In this document: one piece after another, positions 12,725-25,413 of the stretch
Numbering within the stretch: the first letter of the stretch is position 1
How the letters are laid out: each line of letters begins with the position of its first letter
Source of the DNA: Vicugna vicugna
Taxonomy: Eukaryota
Direction of reading: 5' to 3'
NCBI GenBank assembly: GCA_013265495.1
Contig: MU058065.1
Location: forward strand, 8,473,819 to 8,537,818
Length of the DNA stretch: 64,000 nt
Notes under the pieces: generated by a model
What the model was told of the DNA's origin: nothing
Seen by the model: only the letters and a program-made list of their open reading frames with translations
Database searches by the model: none
Program-made: the position numbers and the translations under genes

Positions 12725-13625
12725 ATACTGTTATTTTGATGGCCCCCAATAACCATGCTTCCCAGCATTCACTTCCTTATATAGACCCTTCCCCTTGAAT
12801 CTGGGCTGAATTTGGGACCCAGTTTCACCAGTAAAATGTAGTGCAAGTGACACTGAGCCAGTTCTGGGTGAAAGCCTTCAGAGTACCTGGTAGATTTGGT
12901 TTTTTCACTCTAGTAGGAGCCAAATGCCATGTGTAAAGACTGACTACCATGAGACTGCATGCTATGAAAGCCCAACCTAGCCACATGGGAAGCCACATGG
13001 AAGAGCACTATTAAGCACTGACTGTGTTCCTCCCAAGTATATATGTTAAAGTCTTAACACCCAATGTGATGGTATTTGGATATGGGACCTCTGGGAGATA
13101 ATTAAAATTAAAAGAGATAACGAGGGTGGGCCCCCATGATAGGATTAGTGCCATTATAAAAAGAGAGTTTGTGGGCTTGCATTCACATCCCCTGCTTCCC
13201 ACTGGCCATTTGCATCAAGAAGAGATCAGATGAATACACAGAGAAGGCAGCCAGCTACAACCTCATCGTGTTCAACCCAACCATGTTGGCACCCTGATCT
13301 CAGACGTGCAGCCTCTAGAACTGTAAGAAAGTAAATTTCTATTGTGTAAGCCACCCAATCTATGGTATTTGTTATGGCAGCCTTAGTAAATTAATACAAG
13401 TACTGAGCACCAACAGCCCAATGGGTACACCTAGATGACAGCCAGCACCAATTTGGCAGCAGTGTAAGCAAGGCCATCCTCCTACATCTCCAAGGGAGCT
13501 GTCCCAGCATTAGAGACACTGAGTAGAAACCAATCATCTCCACCAAGCTCTGCCCCAATAAGTCAAACGATTGTTACTTTAATCCACTAAGTTTTAGGTG
13601 TTACACAGCAAGAGGTAACTGAAAT
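12725..13625 (+). mobile_element. Nested MaLR LTRs (older MLT1 interrupted by an MLT1A/MST-like copy at about 13008-13398)
   Basis: CCCAATGTGATGGTATTTGGA and GCCTCTAGAACTGTAAGAAA motifs; approximate. Confidence 0.6.
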
Positions 13626-13960
13626 AGGAGGGCTATTTTAAACTCTTGCTGTAGTGTAGACTATGCATCCCTTCAGGGTAGTTAATAAAGGCAAATAAAG
13701 AATTTTGCTTATTTTGAAACTACAGTTTATGTGGCTGGAATGTGTTTTGAGTTTGATATTGCTCTGAGAGTGAATTGTGTAAGTGATGTGTTCATAAGCA
13801 TTATGCAAAATAAAAATGTGCACTTTGTCTCCTGACAGAGGTATGATAATGGTTATATGGACAATTGGAAAAGTTAGATTAAAATCTAATAGGGTACAGA
13901 TATGGAATAAAAATTTATATACCAGAAAGATGTGAATAGTGATGTACCATGTTCTATGCG

Positions 13961-14031
13961 ATTTTATTTTATTTTTTTACATTTTTATTGAGTTACCGTC
14001 ATTTCACAATGTTGTGTCAAATTCCAGTGTA
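13961..14031 (-). mobile_element. Very short 5'-truncated L1 tail of the young family
   Basis: Reverse complement ACACTGGAATTTGACACAACATTGT...CAATAAAAATGT; flanking TCTATG..ATTTTA repeats. Confidence 0.7.
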
Positions 14032-14353
14032 TCTATGTAATTTTAAAATACTATTTTTTAAAAAGTATAAAATGCTTGTTAAAAATGATGAAAGAAGACA
14101 ACTTTGATGATACAGGCAAATGTTATTTAACACTATGAAGCAGACATAGCATTCTTCCATTTAAAGAACTGCAAAATGAGAGAAATGGAGGAAGCTTTTA
14201 TAGGACAATTAATAAGGAACAAGGAAGAGAGAAATAGGAAATATCTGATTGGCTGCAGCCACATAGTCAGCCTTGTTTGGAATGAGAAGAACGAGGAAAT
14301 AAGTTCAGAGCCCAGAATTGGCTTACTGTTTGGGGATTGGCTGACTGAATATA

Positions 14354-14567
14354 CAGTTGGCTCACTGCATCCATGGGTTGGGCATCCCCAGGCTCAACCA
14401 ACTGTGCATAAAATTTAGTTTCTGGTTTGCTGAATTCAAAAATGCAGACCCACAGACACAACGGACCAACTGCACTATGCCATTTTATATAAGGACTTGA
14501 GCATCCATGGATTTTGGTATCCACAGGAGACCTGGAACCAATCCCGTGCGGATGCCAAGGACAATTG
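14354..14567. mobile_element. MER2-like TcMar-Tigger DNA transposon
   Basis: TA TSDs; CAGTTG...CAATTG termini; CCTGGAACCAATCCC motif. Confidence 0.7.
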
Positions 14568-15949
14568 TACTGCATTTCCGGTCAAGCAGAGCATTTATAG
14601 GCACACAGAAGTGGTCTAAGTTGGTTTGCTGACATGGCACCTGGGCAGGAGTGGCTTCATCTTGGGCCTAGAATGTATTTCAGCAGGCTTATGTTAGAAA
14701 TTAAATTCAGGAGGAAAAGACTTATGATGTTGGCCACTAATCTCTTGCAAACCTGTAAAACTTAAGTCCTGGGTGGCCATCAAGGACATGATGAAACTTT
14801 GAAGTCATCTAAAATTAGTTTGGTTAAAGATTTAGAACCTTGTTTTATTGGAAATCATCGAGAACAGGGGTTTTATTCCCCTTGGACGTGAACTGAAATG
14901 AAGGTGCTACTCAATGTCAGTGGACGAGGTGGCTTGGAAACATCGGTATCATCATGCTGGATCAGACATGGTTAACCCAGCTCAGCATATTATGGCTGCA
15001 AAGCAACTGAAAAGCATGGTCCTCCTTTTTGACATTCACCATGAGGATTAGGTAACCATGAGCTAACAGAATGTTCAAGTATGGTACTTAGCGCTCTAGT
15101 TTCTCCTCCAAAATTCTCTAGGTATTTGCTGACATCAAAGATGAGATGACTTTAGGTCTGTTTGGTTAAATTTTCCTTCCCCTAGTCTGAGTATTTACAT
15201 ACCTCGATTAGAGCCCTTTGGAAATGATTTTTTAATGGTAGATCCTGCTGTCTTTATAATGTTTTTTAATCAAAGGAAAACATGCAAAAATAGTACCTTC
15301 ATTTATACCTATCCCTCCTGCTCCTAATTCTGTTCCTAGACCTTTGGAAATGATTTTAATTTATAAGCCCATTTCTTCCACTAGGTGGCAAGCCCAAGTA
15401 GGATGAGGGCTTCATCAACTTCCCCTAGGTATCCCTTGCTCCAGACCCCTCACCCCTACCCTTCACCATTCCACCAGCGCCACCTTACCTGTACCCTAAT
15501 CAAGATTGTTTTTGCCCTTGGCCATTGGTTTCCCTAACCCTAGGGGAAAAAAAAAAAAAACATGTGACAAATATACTTGCAACTTTCTAACATAGGCTTA
15601 GGTAAGTATGTGATTCGTGGAAACAGCCCATTTAAATGGAATCCCCATAAATTAGTGCTACATGGGAACAGTCAAGACACAAGGATCCATATTAAGATCA
15701 TCAGCTTTTTCAAAGACTGCGAAGCTGTGGAGATCCTGGCCAGGACAAGGATGTCAGATCTAATTGTCCTCCTAGTCCTAAGACCCTCTCCCATAGCCCC
15801 TCAACAAAATGGTTTGATTCCACCCCACTCCCCGCCAAAAAAGATCATTATACATAGATAAGACAGTCACCACCCTTTTTCTGAAAACTGTAGCATTCAA
15901 AGCAATTTTGGAGAAACTCAAATACAAAGTGAGCAAATGTTAATCAGAC

Positions 15950-15955
15950 TTTATT
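15950..15955 (-). terminator. Candidate TMEM169 polyadenylation signal (AATAAA), giving a ~1.95 kb 3'UTR
   Basis: TTTATT on the plus strand ~1.94 kb downstream of the stop; function inferred from position only. Confidence 0.45.
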
Positions 15956-16798
15956 TTTATTTTCTTCGTCTTCATTTCAATTGTTTATATCTCTGCAAAA
16001 GCACCAGAGAGCACCAATTTATCTTTTAAAATGTTGAATAGTCTTTTTTCAAACTAATAACAGTTTGTTTTTTTTTCTAATGGTGGGGTTTCCTCTGAAG
16101 GTGGAGTTCAGCACCATACATTAGGCAAATGTCCCTGGCCTTCTGTGGGGCAGCACGTGTGACCCATCCGGTTTGATTCCCAGCAGTTCTTTCACCAGCT
16201 TCTTCCTGAGACGTGAATAGGGGCACCAGCTATTCTTGTTAAGGACCCAAACCTCCAAAACCTGCTTGACCTCTTAGAATTTGATGGGGGTTTTTTTGAC
16301 TTAGAAAGATATCCTTAGGAATTAATTTTTTTTTTAAGTTCAGAATCTGTTAATCTGGATTCATCTGGTTTATACCCCCAGTGGCCAGGAAGACCCAAGC
16401 TTTTCAGCACAGCAAATGTGTTTGTCCCTAAACTCCAGGAACGGCTGAATGAGTGATGCTCTGAGTGAGAGTCTGACAAACAACACAAAGCTATCTCTTT
16501 CTTCCTTGTGCTTAGGGCTACTGACCCTGCTGGGGGGATTCTAACAGATGCAATCCCTCCCTTCCCAGTCTTTCATCTGTACATTAGATTAAATATCACC
16601 ACACAGTCCTACCCTTACTACCAGGGAAAAGTTGTGCTACTATAATTGGATTCTTCCTTTCTAAAAAAAAACCTGAAATCACATGGCATTACAGATATTT
16701 AATTGCAAAGTACATGAGTTGCTAACATCTATGTATGATTTATGCATAGTATATGTAGCTAGTATCTATGTATAAATTCTCCATGTAAGAGTTAGGCC

Positions 16799-16853
<55 letters not shown>

Positions 16854-16878
16854 GTAAATAAGTAAGTAAGTAAGTAAG

Positions 16879-16929
<51 letters not shown>

Positions 16930-16930
16930 A
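16799..16930. repeat. Compound tetranucleotide microsatellite (TAGA)n(TAAG)n(TAAA)n
   Basis: Read directly from the sequence. Confidence 0.97.
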
Positions 16931-17892
16931 ACTACACTCCTAGTTTGGGATTGGAATATATTTAAACGATTACTGTGAGGCAGAGATTCATATTTGCCTA
17001 CCAAAGTAGCCATTGTTTCCTTGTCTCTTACACTAGCAGAACCCAAACATTTACCCTGGAATATAGCTGCCCAGCCAGAAGGCTGTGTTTCCTTGCCTCG
17101 TTTGCTTGTAAGGTCACATGACCAAGGCCTGGCCAATAAGCTTTAAGAGGTGTTGAGCGGACCGTCTAGGAAGCCTCCTTAGCCTGAGAGGGTGTGGTCT
17201 TCTTTGCCCTTTCCTCTGTTCTGCCAGATACATGGACATCATGGCTGGAGATGTAGTCAGCCCTGGGGTGCTGAGGATAAAGGTGATGAGGGTCCCATCC
17301 TACTGATGATAGGTTCCCTGATGGTCTGCCTCCAGACTTCTTCTATACAGGAAAGAAACCGACTTCTATCTTGTTTAAATTACTGATATTTGAATTTAAT
17401 TATATTTAATATCAAAATCAAAATCTAAGTGATCTGCACAAATCTTTACATTCTGCTACACTGAAGTAGCTCTGCTTCCTAAATGTCTCACTTCATTCCT
17501 ACCTATTATCTTATTGGTGGACTTGGTCTCCCTTGAGCCTCCTGAGTCTCTCTGTCACATTTAGTCACATACTCCCTAGGGTTCCAGGCACCAGGGACAC
17601 CTTCAGGCTCCTGAACTGACACAACTGAGCTCCCTGTCCCAGATAAACGGTCATCTTAGGGTAAGGAATGCAGAAGAGCTTATCCACTGGATGGACTATT
17701 TTGCACAAATTGCTTTTCTGTTCCCTGCCCTCCTGGAACCAACAAGATTGTAGGACAGATCAGTGTGGGCTAGAATTTTCCAAAACTTGCATGGGGGGGA
17801 GGGGAGGGAATCATTTAAAGAAAGAATATTCCAGAGTTGAAAGGTGATATACAGGCTACTGAGAGCTGAGAATAAAGTAAGCTGTTGGGACT

Positions 17893-18515
17893 TTAGACAG
17901 TGGACGTTTCTACCTCCTGGGTGGCATCCTTGTTGGACAGATTGCCTGAGATGTTATCAGATTCAAGCAACTCCACAATGGTGTAGGGAGAACAGTCCTC
18001 CAGACCCAGCTTGCTGCACAGCCAGCCACAGAAGCCTTTCTCCATGTCCCGGGCAGCTTGCCACCACGCTCCCCAGGACCACGAGAGCTGGACCACAGCA
18101 GCATAGAGGCCCAGGGAAGAGGCCATGGCCATGATGAGCACTGGATAGAAGAGAATGAGGCAGGGGCAACATGAGATCTTGTGCCAGAAGGTCCTCTCCT
18201 CATTGTACACAAGGAAGATGTTGTACCAGGTGATGGTGCCGTAGTAGAAAGAGACCACAAAGGAGAGGATGAAGACCACAGGCAGGCAGACCAGCGTCCA
18301 GAGGACCACGTGGGGCCCACGGTCTGCTCCCAACTGGCAGGCCTTTCTGCCTCCAGGTATCGTCTCCCTTGACGACACTTTAGGCTTGGTCAGTTCCTGC
18401 AGCTCCTTCTCTGTCAACGTGACATGGATGTCCACCAGCTGCCCCTTTTTCTTCCCTCGTGTGATGGTCCCAGTTAACGTGACATAGCGGCTGTCCGAAG
18501 GCATGTTCCACATAT
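17893..18515 (-). CDS. TMEM169: TMEM169 last coding exon (DMWNMPSDSRYVTLTG...QEVETSTV*), two hydrophobic TM segments
   Basis: 623 nt after TGCAG; 271+623=894 nt = 297 aa plus stop, matching TMEM169 length as recalled. Confidence 0.95.
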
Positions 18516-19399
18516 CTGCAGGGCACAAAGAGGTGAAAGTCAAGATCAGAAGAGTGGACATCTCATCACAACGTCACCCCCTGAGACTGAAGCTGAGTAT
18601 GAGAGGGTCTTTTCAGAGCCTCTGACACGGCGCTGGAGTCAGTGATTCGATGAGGGACTGAACGGGTCTCCCTCAGGTGGGGGACCACTGGGATTGTTGC
18701 CCCCACGACCAACTCTCCTGTCAGGGCCCTGGCAAAAGGGGGAGGCAGGTTCTTCTTGTGTCTCATGTTCTCTCTCCGCTTCTCTGGTCTCGATCTTGTC
18801 ATGTCTGTGATGTGGACGGGAATGAGGAACTCTACCACAGACACCACTTCACAGCGATCGTATTTCTAGTTTACTAGAAGCACTGTGGAAATGCTGTTCG
18901 TGAGTATCAACTACTGTGTGTGCAGGTGGGGCCGTGTGTGTATTACACTGGTGGGCAGCCCACCTCTCTTCTCTTTTCACCCCTGCCTCTGTGCTTCTCC
19001 AAGAGGGGCCTCCTCACATGCCGTGGACATCCTGGCCTTCACATCTAAGTTCTATATGCACAACACACACACCGTCCACACATATACACACACTCACACC
19101 ACACACATTCCCTACACAGACACATCACCGCCACCAAACAGCCCTCTTTGGCCATCCCGGTGGTGAGGTTGCAGGTGTTGAAATAGCAAAGTCCACAGTT
19201 CTTAATCTGTGGGATGTAGTCTGGAAGTGGAGGACGGCGGGTATGCGGGGAGGCCCAAGCTTCCGGGTAGCATGATCCGTAGGCCCTGCGGACTCCTTGC
19301 CCCACGGCTGGAGCCACCTCAAGGCAGGGCCCAGGACCCTGGCAAGGGACTCTGACTGCCCCCATAAAAAGGTTGTACTGTTGCCCCCAGACCAAATGG

Positions 19400-20240
19400 T
19401 TTCAGTCTCTCTCAACTCAGTGAAGGACACCACCACCCATCCTCTCTGCAGTTCCTGTCAAAACCCCAGTAGTCACTGTGGACACCTCTCTTCCCCTCAC
19501 TCCCGACCCCCACCCAGCAGCGAGTTCCAGGTTGCATTCTGAGCCCAGTCTCCCCTCCAGCTCTCCCTCCTGCTGTCGCACTAGTCCAGGCCACTGGGGC
19601 TGCAGTGACGACCATCTCCCCTCAGCCTCCCCTCCTACCCCTCGAAATCCATTCTTTCCAGAGAAGCCAGAGTGGCGGTTTAAAAATGTAAGTGAGATGA
19701 TGTCTCCGCTTTGCTTCAAAGTTCCCCATTGGCTTCCCTCACACTTATTACCAATCCCAAGCTCTTTACTATGATCTGCAGGGTCCAACGTGCCCCGGCC
19801 CCTGCCTGCCTCTCTGGCCTCCTCTCACCTCCTCCCCCTCGTTCTCCAAGCTCCCTGCACAGAAGTAACAGCCTTCCAGGAACAGGCCAGTGGCGCTTCC
19901 ATCCCAGGCCAGGGTTTTTGCCCTTGCTGCCTCCCCTCGTCTAAAAGTTCTGCCCCAGATTTTTTCATGGCTGGCTCCTTCATGTCATTTGTCAAACATC
20001 ACTTCCTCAGAAGCAACCTCTCCCTCCATTGCCTGCTCATCTTCCCATCACCCTGGTTTACTGTCTTTGGAACTCGTATCACTACCTGGAATTCTCTTAT
20101 TTGCTGACTTGTTCAATGTCTGTCTTCCCCAGACTGGAAGGTAAACTGCACGAGAGCAGGGGAGCTGCCCATCTCGTTCACCGTGGGCATAGGTCTTAGA
20201 GATGATCCAGCCGTACAAACACTCCCTCATCCATTGACTG
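19400..20240 (+). mobile_element. LINE-2 3' fragment
   Basis: L2-like CCAGAGTG...TGGCTTCCC and TGTCTTCCCCAGACTGGAAGGTAAACT text; approximate. Confidence 0.55.
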
Positions 20241-20882
20241 CTGCGTCATGATGCTTAATACAGACATGCCAGTTTCATTCACAGCAACAAACATTCTTGC
20301 ACATGCCTCTTTATGCACGTAGGCAGATGTTTGTGATGTAGATACTGAGAATTTCCAGAATATAGGATATTCTATTTAGAATTCTGAATGTAAGTAATAT
20401 TGACAAATTTTCCTAAAAAGTAGTCAAAGCAGACTCCACTTCCTCATGAGGTGTATGAGAATATATCCATTTCCTCACACTGATGTTATCATGTTTTACC
20501 CAGTTTTTGGCCATTCTTCTTTTACAATAACTCATTGTTATAAATCACATTTTCTTGATTATTAAGGAAAGTCAACCATTACTGTTTATCTTACATGTAT
20601 TAAGTAATTAGCACAGTAGGCTTGTATTACTAATTTTTTTGTGTATAAATTGGTCTCTTTCATTACACTAGGAGTTCCAAAAGGGCGGAGATCGCCTCCA
20701 TATCACCTAGAAGAGAACATAATAAATGCTCAATAAATACTGTCAATTTGTTGAGTGAAGACTGAGACATTGCAAGAAGAAATGTATTAACAAGGAGGTC
20801 AGTGAGCCAATGCCTGTCTTCTGGAGTATCCTCATTTGGTTTCCTTCCTATGGCTTTAAGCAGGTGGCCCCGAGGGACTTAC

Positions 20883-21153
20883 CATCATCCCCAGGATAGT
20901 CTAGGAAATCATCTCCCTCCTCCTCTTTAGGCTGGTCTCCACCTTCGAATTCCCCAGGCTCCTCATCCAGTTTGTCACTCTCTGACCTGTAGATGATGAT
21001 AGATTCTGGGCGGGACTCTTTCTTCTTCTTTTTCCTACGACCCATTGTGGATTCCCCATCCAGGGCCAGGGCAGCTGCCACGACCTTCCTCAGAGAGCCC
21101 TGGTGGGGGCTTGGGAGCCGGCCCTCGCCTTCCACTGGTGCCAGCTCTTCCAT
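20883..21153 (-). CDS. TMEM169: TMEM169 first coding exon (MEELAPVEGEG...DFLDYPGDD)
   Basis: 271 nt from ATG to a GTAAGT donor. The exon acceptor lies upstream at 21279-21280, with a tandem AAGTAG alternative. Confidence 0.93.
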
Positions 21154-23086
21154 CCTAGTCTTCAAATCCAGCAATTCCTTGTGAAGAGTCCAATGTACTT
21201 GAGCAAACTCACGATGCACACATCACAGAGCTTGCTTCAGGATGGGGCTATGCAAAGACGTCCCAATGATGAGTTCTACTTAAAAGACAAGAAAGCAAAG
21301 CCATCAGTAGGGAGTGAATAGGGTGAGATGGAGAGGGGTTTGAGAAATGGTCCTCAACTTGGCAGAAGCCTTCCCCTCCCTTTATTTCTCATAATACTTT
21401 ATTTCAGGAGTGCTGTGGAAATACAAGAATGAATTGTGAAAAAAATTTTTGTGTTGCCATATTTTTGTCACTTAAACAAACATGTGTCATGCAAAACCTA
21501 TCAGTCTAGCTGGGAGATTCCAAGTATAAAGAAGTTGGGTGACGAGGACTTACAGAAAGAAGTTAAGGATCATTCTTTTTTTTTTTTTAATATTTTTTCA
21601 AAGGGTCATTCTTCCTCCCACCATAGATGGGGATTCATACAGCTGGGACCAGCACTCCTGGCTTCTGGTTGTGGGTCACACATTACAACTATACTCAAAT
21701 GGATGGATGCACCTTTGAGCAAGCCATCCAAAGGTGGCATACCTTCACCAACCATGTCTTCCCTGGTATTCGAGAAAGGACAACTGTCTCCTGACTTCTT
21801 GTTGACCCAAGATACTAGAGTTACTGGAATTTGTGACACCAGCATCTGGGAGACCAGCGGAAAAGATGCAGGCTTTTCACTCTTAAAGTTTTCTCTCCTT
21901 TTTTTAAAATTCTCCAGGCAAAGAGAGGTGGGAGAGAGGAGAGTCTATATAACATCTTTTAAATAAGAAACCGATTGGACTGTGTTCTTGGTGCATGAAG
22001 CCATTAAGAGGGAAAAAATGCTTTGAATGCTGTTGCTGAAGAGGTGCCAATTAGCAAATATCCAGCCAGTCACATTTAAGCTGGTAGCTGCTTGTTTGCT
22101 TCTAAAGTAACAAAAACCAAAAAAAATAAACACCCCACCAAAAAGCCCCCAACAAACTTGTTATTATGGAAAGTTTCAGACATATGTAAGAGGCGAATCT
22201 TTTGTTATGGAAAGTGGCAAACCTATAAAAAGCAAAGAGAATAATTTTCATAAACCCTAATTGTACCACCAATCACCCAGTTTCAACAATAATCCAAATA
22301 TTCAAAACCAATTTTGTTTCATCTCCACATATTATTTAAAAGCAAATCTCAGACATCATTTTCATTTCATCTGTAACTATTTCAGCATATATCTCTTATA
22401 TGTAAGGACTCTCTTTTTTAAAAAAAGATAATCACAATACCATTATTGCAGCTAATTTTTTAAACAATTCTTTAATATCATCAAATACTCAGTTAGTTCA
22501 AATTGCCCTGTTTAACATTTTAAAGTCCATTTTCTTGAATTAGGATTCAAATAAAGTTTGTATAATGCAAACAGATCGTACACTTTGTCTACAGCAATGC
22601 TGTTCAACAGAGCTTTCTGCCATTGCACCTGAATGAGTCTAACACAACTGAGGAAATGTATTTTAAATTTTATTGAATTCTAATCAATTTAAATTTAAAT
22701 AACCATATGGCTACTTCCGGCCACTATACTGGACAGAACAGGTCTATATGTTCACCCACCAATTTTTTTCCTTCCCCTTTACTTGTTTAAGAAAGGCCAT
22801 TAATCTTGCAGATTCTCGTAGCCTAGATGTTGCTGATTGCATTGCTGTAGTGTGTTCCTCTGAACCATGTATTTTCTATAAATTGGTAGCTAAATAGAGG
22901 CTTGATCAGATTCAGGTTGGAATTCTTTTGGAGGGTTGTTTGTTTAGCAAGACGTTATAGATGGTGTTTTGCATTTCTACCAGAAGGTACTTAACGTCTG
23001 CTTGATTCTTTGTGAAATTAGTAGCCATTGATGACCACTGGCTGGACCCATTTATTCACTAGGGGTTACAAAAATGATGATATTGT

Positions 23087-23545
23087 TGTGGGGAGGAGGG
23101 ATAAATTAGAAGTTTGGGATTACAAGTACATACTACTATATATAAAATAGATAAACAATAAGGTCCTACTGTATAGCACAGGGAACTATATTCAGTATCC
23201 TATAATGAACTATAATGGAAAAGAATCTGAAAAAGAATATATACGTATAACTGAATCTCTTTGCTATACACCAGAAACTAATATCACTTTGTAAATCAAC
23301 TATAATTCAATCAATTAAGAGATTGGGATTAACATATACAAACTAGTATAAATAAAATAAACAAAAAGGACCTACTGTATAGCATAGGGAACTATATTCA
23401 ATATCTTGTAATAATAACCTATGATGGAAAAGAATATGAAAAATATATATGTATATGTATAACTAAATCACTTTGCTGTACACCTGAAACTAATACAACG
23501 TTGTAAATCAACTATACTTCAATAAAAATAAATTTTAAAAAATAC
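23087..23545 (+). mobile_element. Two diverged head-to-tail L1 3'-end fragments
   Basis: CCTACTGTATAGCA(C/T)AGGGAACTATATTCA...GTAAATCAACTATA occurs twice, with substitutions. Confidence 0.8.
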
Positions 23546-23950
23546 AAAACAAGATGCTAGTCTCTTTGTTTTGTTTCTTTTCATTTACTAGCCAGAATAC
23601 TCTCAGGCAGTTTTAACCAATCTGGTTTTAAACTCAGTGGAGGAGCCAAGTGGCCCCATTATTATATATTATTGGCAATTGTACTGTGAAAATACTTGTC
23701 TTAATGACCATGGTGGCAGCTTCTATTGATATGAAAGGTTTCTAAATTATTTACCAAATTTCCTAATTTCCAAATAACTGTACTTAGAGTTGAGAATTGC
23801 AGTGGACTGTGAATAGATTCTAATCACAGTTCTGCCGCCCCAAGGCTCCGGGAGATTGTACACTCTGCAGTTAACTCCAGGGTACCAGCTTTCTGTTACT
23901 TTTGTTGATAATTCTCAAATCCTCATTTTCTTTCAGTGCTCTCTGAGCAC

Positions 23951-24125
23951 TTCTTTTCTTTTCTTTTTAAATTTTTATTTATTTATTTATTCATTCATTT
24001 TTTGGTGGGGGGAGGTAATTAGGTTTCCTTATTTATTTACTATTAGAGGAGGTACTGGGGATTGAACCCAGGACCTCATGCATGCTAAGCATGTGCTCTA
24101 CCACTTGAGCTACACCCTCACCCCC
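23951..24125 (-). mobile_element. Vic-1-like SINE
   Basis: tRNA-like head GGGTGTAGCTCAAGTGGTAGAGCACATGCTTAGCATGCATGAGGTCCTGGGTTCAATCCCC; degenerate TSD ACTTCTTT. Confidence 0.85.
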
Positions 24126-25074
24126 TAGTACTTCTTTCTTTTCAATGCCACATGCACACTTGTTGGTCTCCCTTTTTCCCCCCAATAATGAAGCTAATTC
24201 TCCTCTTATTTGTATTACATGGCCCCAATGTTTAGTGGACTGGCCCAGCCAGGGTTGGGTAGGGAATGGGAGGGAAGAGGATTAAGGTACAGTCAAAAAT
24301 CTAACTAGGCTCTAAATGCCACTCAGTTTGAAGCAAATCCTATGTCTTAAAATTATGCAACTTTGTGGTTATCAGGTACCAAGATCGACTCATCATATTT
24401 CTTCAAATCCCAAAACTCCCCAAAGGCTGAGTGACCTCAGCAGGCAGCTCTCCTCCACTGCCCTCTTACCTAAATTCTTCTCCTTTTCCCTCTAATTGTT
24501 AATTGTCTTATCTGTCTCCCCACTGGATGGCAGGTACTGGGTCTTAACCACCTTTGTATCTAGGGCACATAGCCTGGTGACTGAAAAAAATGAGGCGCTC
24601 AGTGACAGAACTGAAAATGCCCACCGATTGGCAGGAAATGGCAGGTTTCACAAAGTCCTCACAGACTGACTTAGCTTTGGGAGCCTCTGTGAACAGAGTT
24701 AAGTACCATTATCTTCACATCGTAATACATGGAGCTTGTTGGACTATGGAATTCATTTGGTGATGTGTCGTAGAGCACACAATGTTCTAAGAGCAGGAAG
24801 ACCCAGGGTACAGGAGGTACCCTGTGATAAAGTAGGTTTTAGTGTCCTCCTGTGACATTATTAACCTCATCTACTTTAAATAAAGAAGTGAAAGAATTGC
24901 ATTTAAGCCTAACTTGCACAAACTCCAAAGCCCAGAATTTTCCCATCAAGATTTAGAAAAAGTCAAATGTTAGTGGCTGCAGCAGACAGCTGATGTTTTT
25001 TGTTTAGTTGGTTTTTGCTGCCCCACCTCCATTCCTCTTTCCTTTCCTTTCATCTCCTTTTTGTGTGTGGAATA

Positions 25075-25413
25075 TGTGAAAACTTAATAAACAGAAACCT
25101 CAATTAAACAGAGTTGGGAGACCAGAAAGGGGAGCTCTCATGCCCTGTGATGATAGCAAATACCAACAGGAAGCCGAAAAACTCTTCTTTATTGGTAAGA
25201 ACTCAGCCAATGAAGAGCCATGGACTCTCTGTCTACTATAGCCCTCCCAACTTTCTTTTCCCCTCTATAAAAGGGTTTTCCTTCCCTTGCCATTTGAGGA
25301 CTTGAATGTGGCTCCCCATGGTTGTAGACCCCAAACTGCAAGTCTCTGCTGATACTGAATAAACCTATCTTTGCTGGAGAAATATTTGGCAGTTTATTAA
25401 TTAAAGGTCAACA
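25075..25413 (+). mobile_element. ERV solo LTR (ERV1-like)
   Basis: TG...CA ends; 4-bp TSD AATA; CCAAT at 25207, TATAAAA at 25266, AATAAA at 25358. Confidence 0.75.

Noticed and set aside
16798..17136. 112-aa ORF with IYLF/IYLS repeats
   Set aside because: It is a translation of the microsatellite.
18516..18561. N-terminal extension of ORF 17893..18561 as a TMEM169 start
   Set aside because: It is intronic sequence upstream of the TGCAG acceptor; the spliced model gives the expected 297 aa.
21436..21966. 176-aa ORF in TMEM169 intron 1
   Set aside because: GTG start, crosses a T run, no homology recognised.
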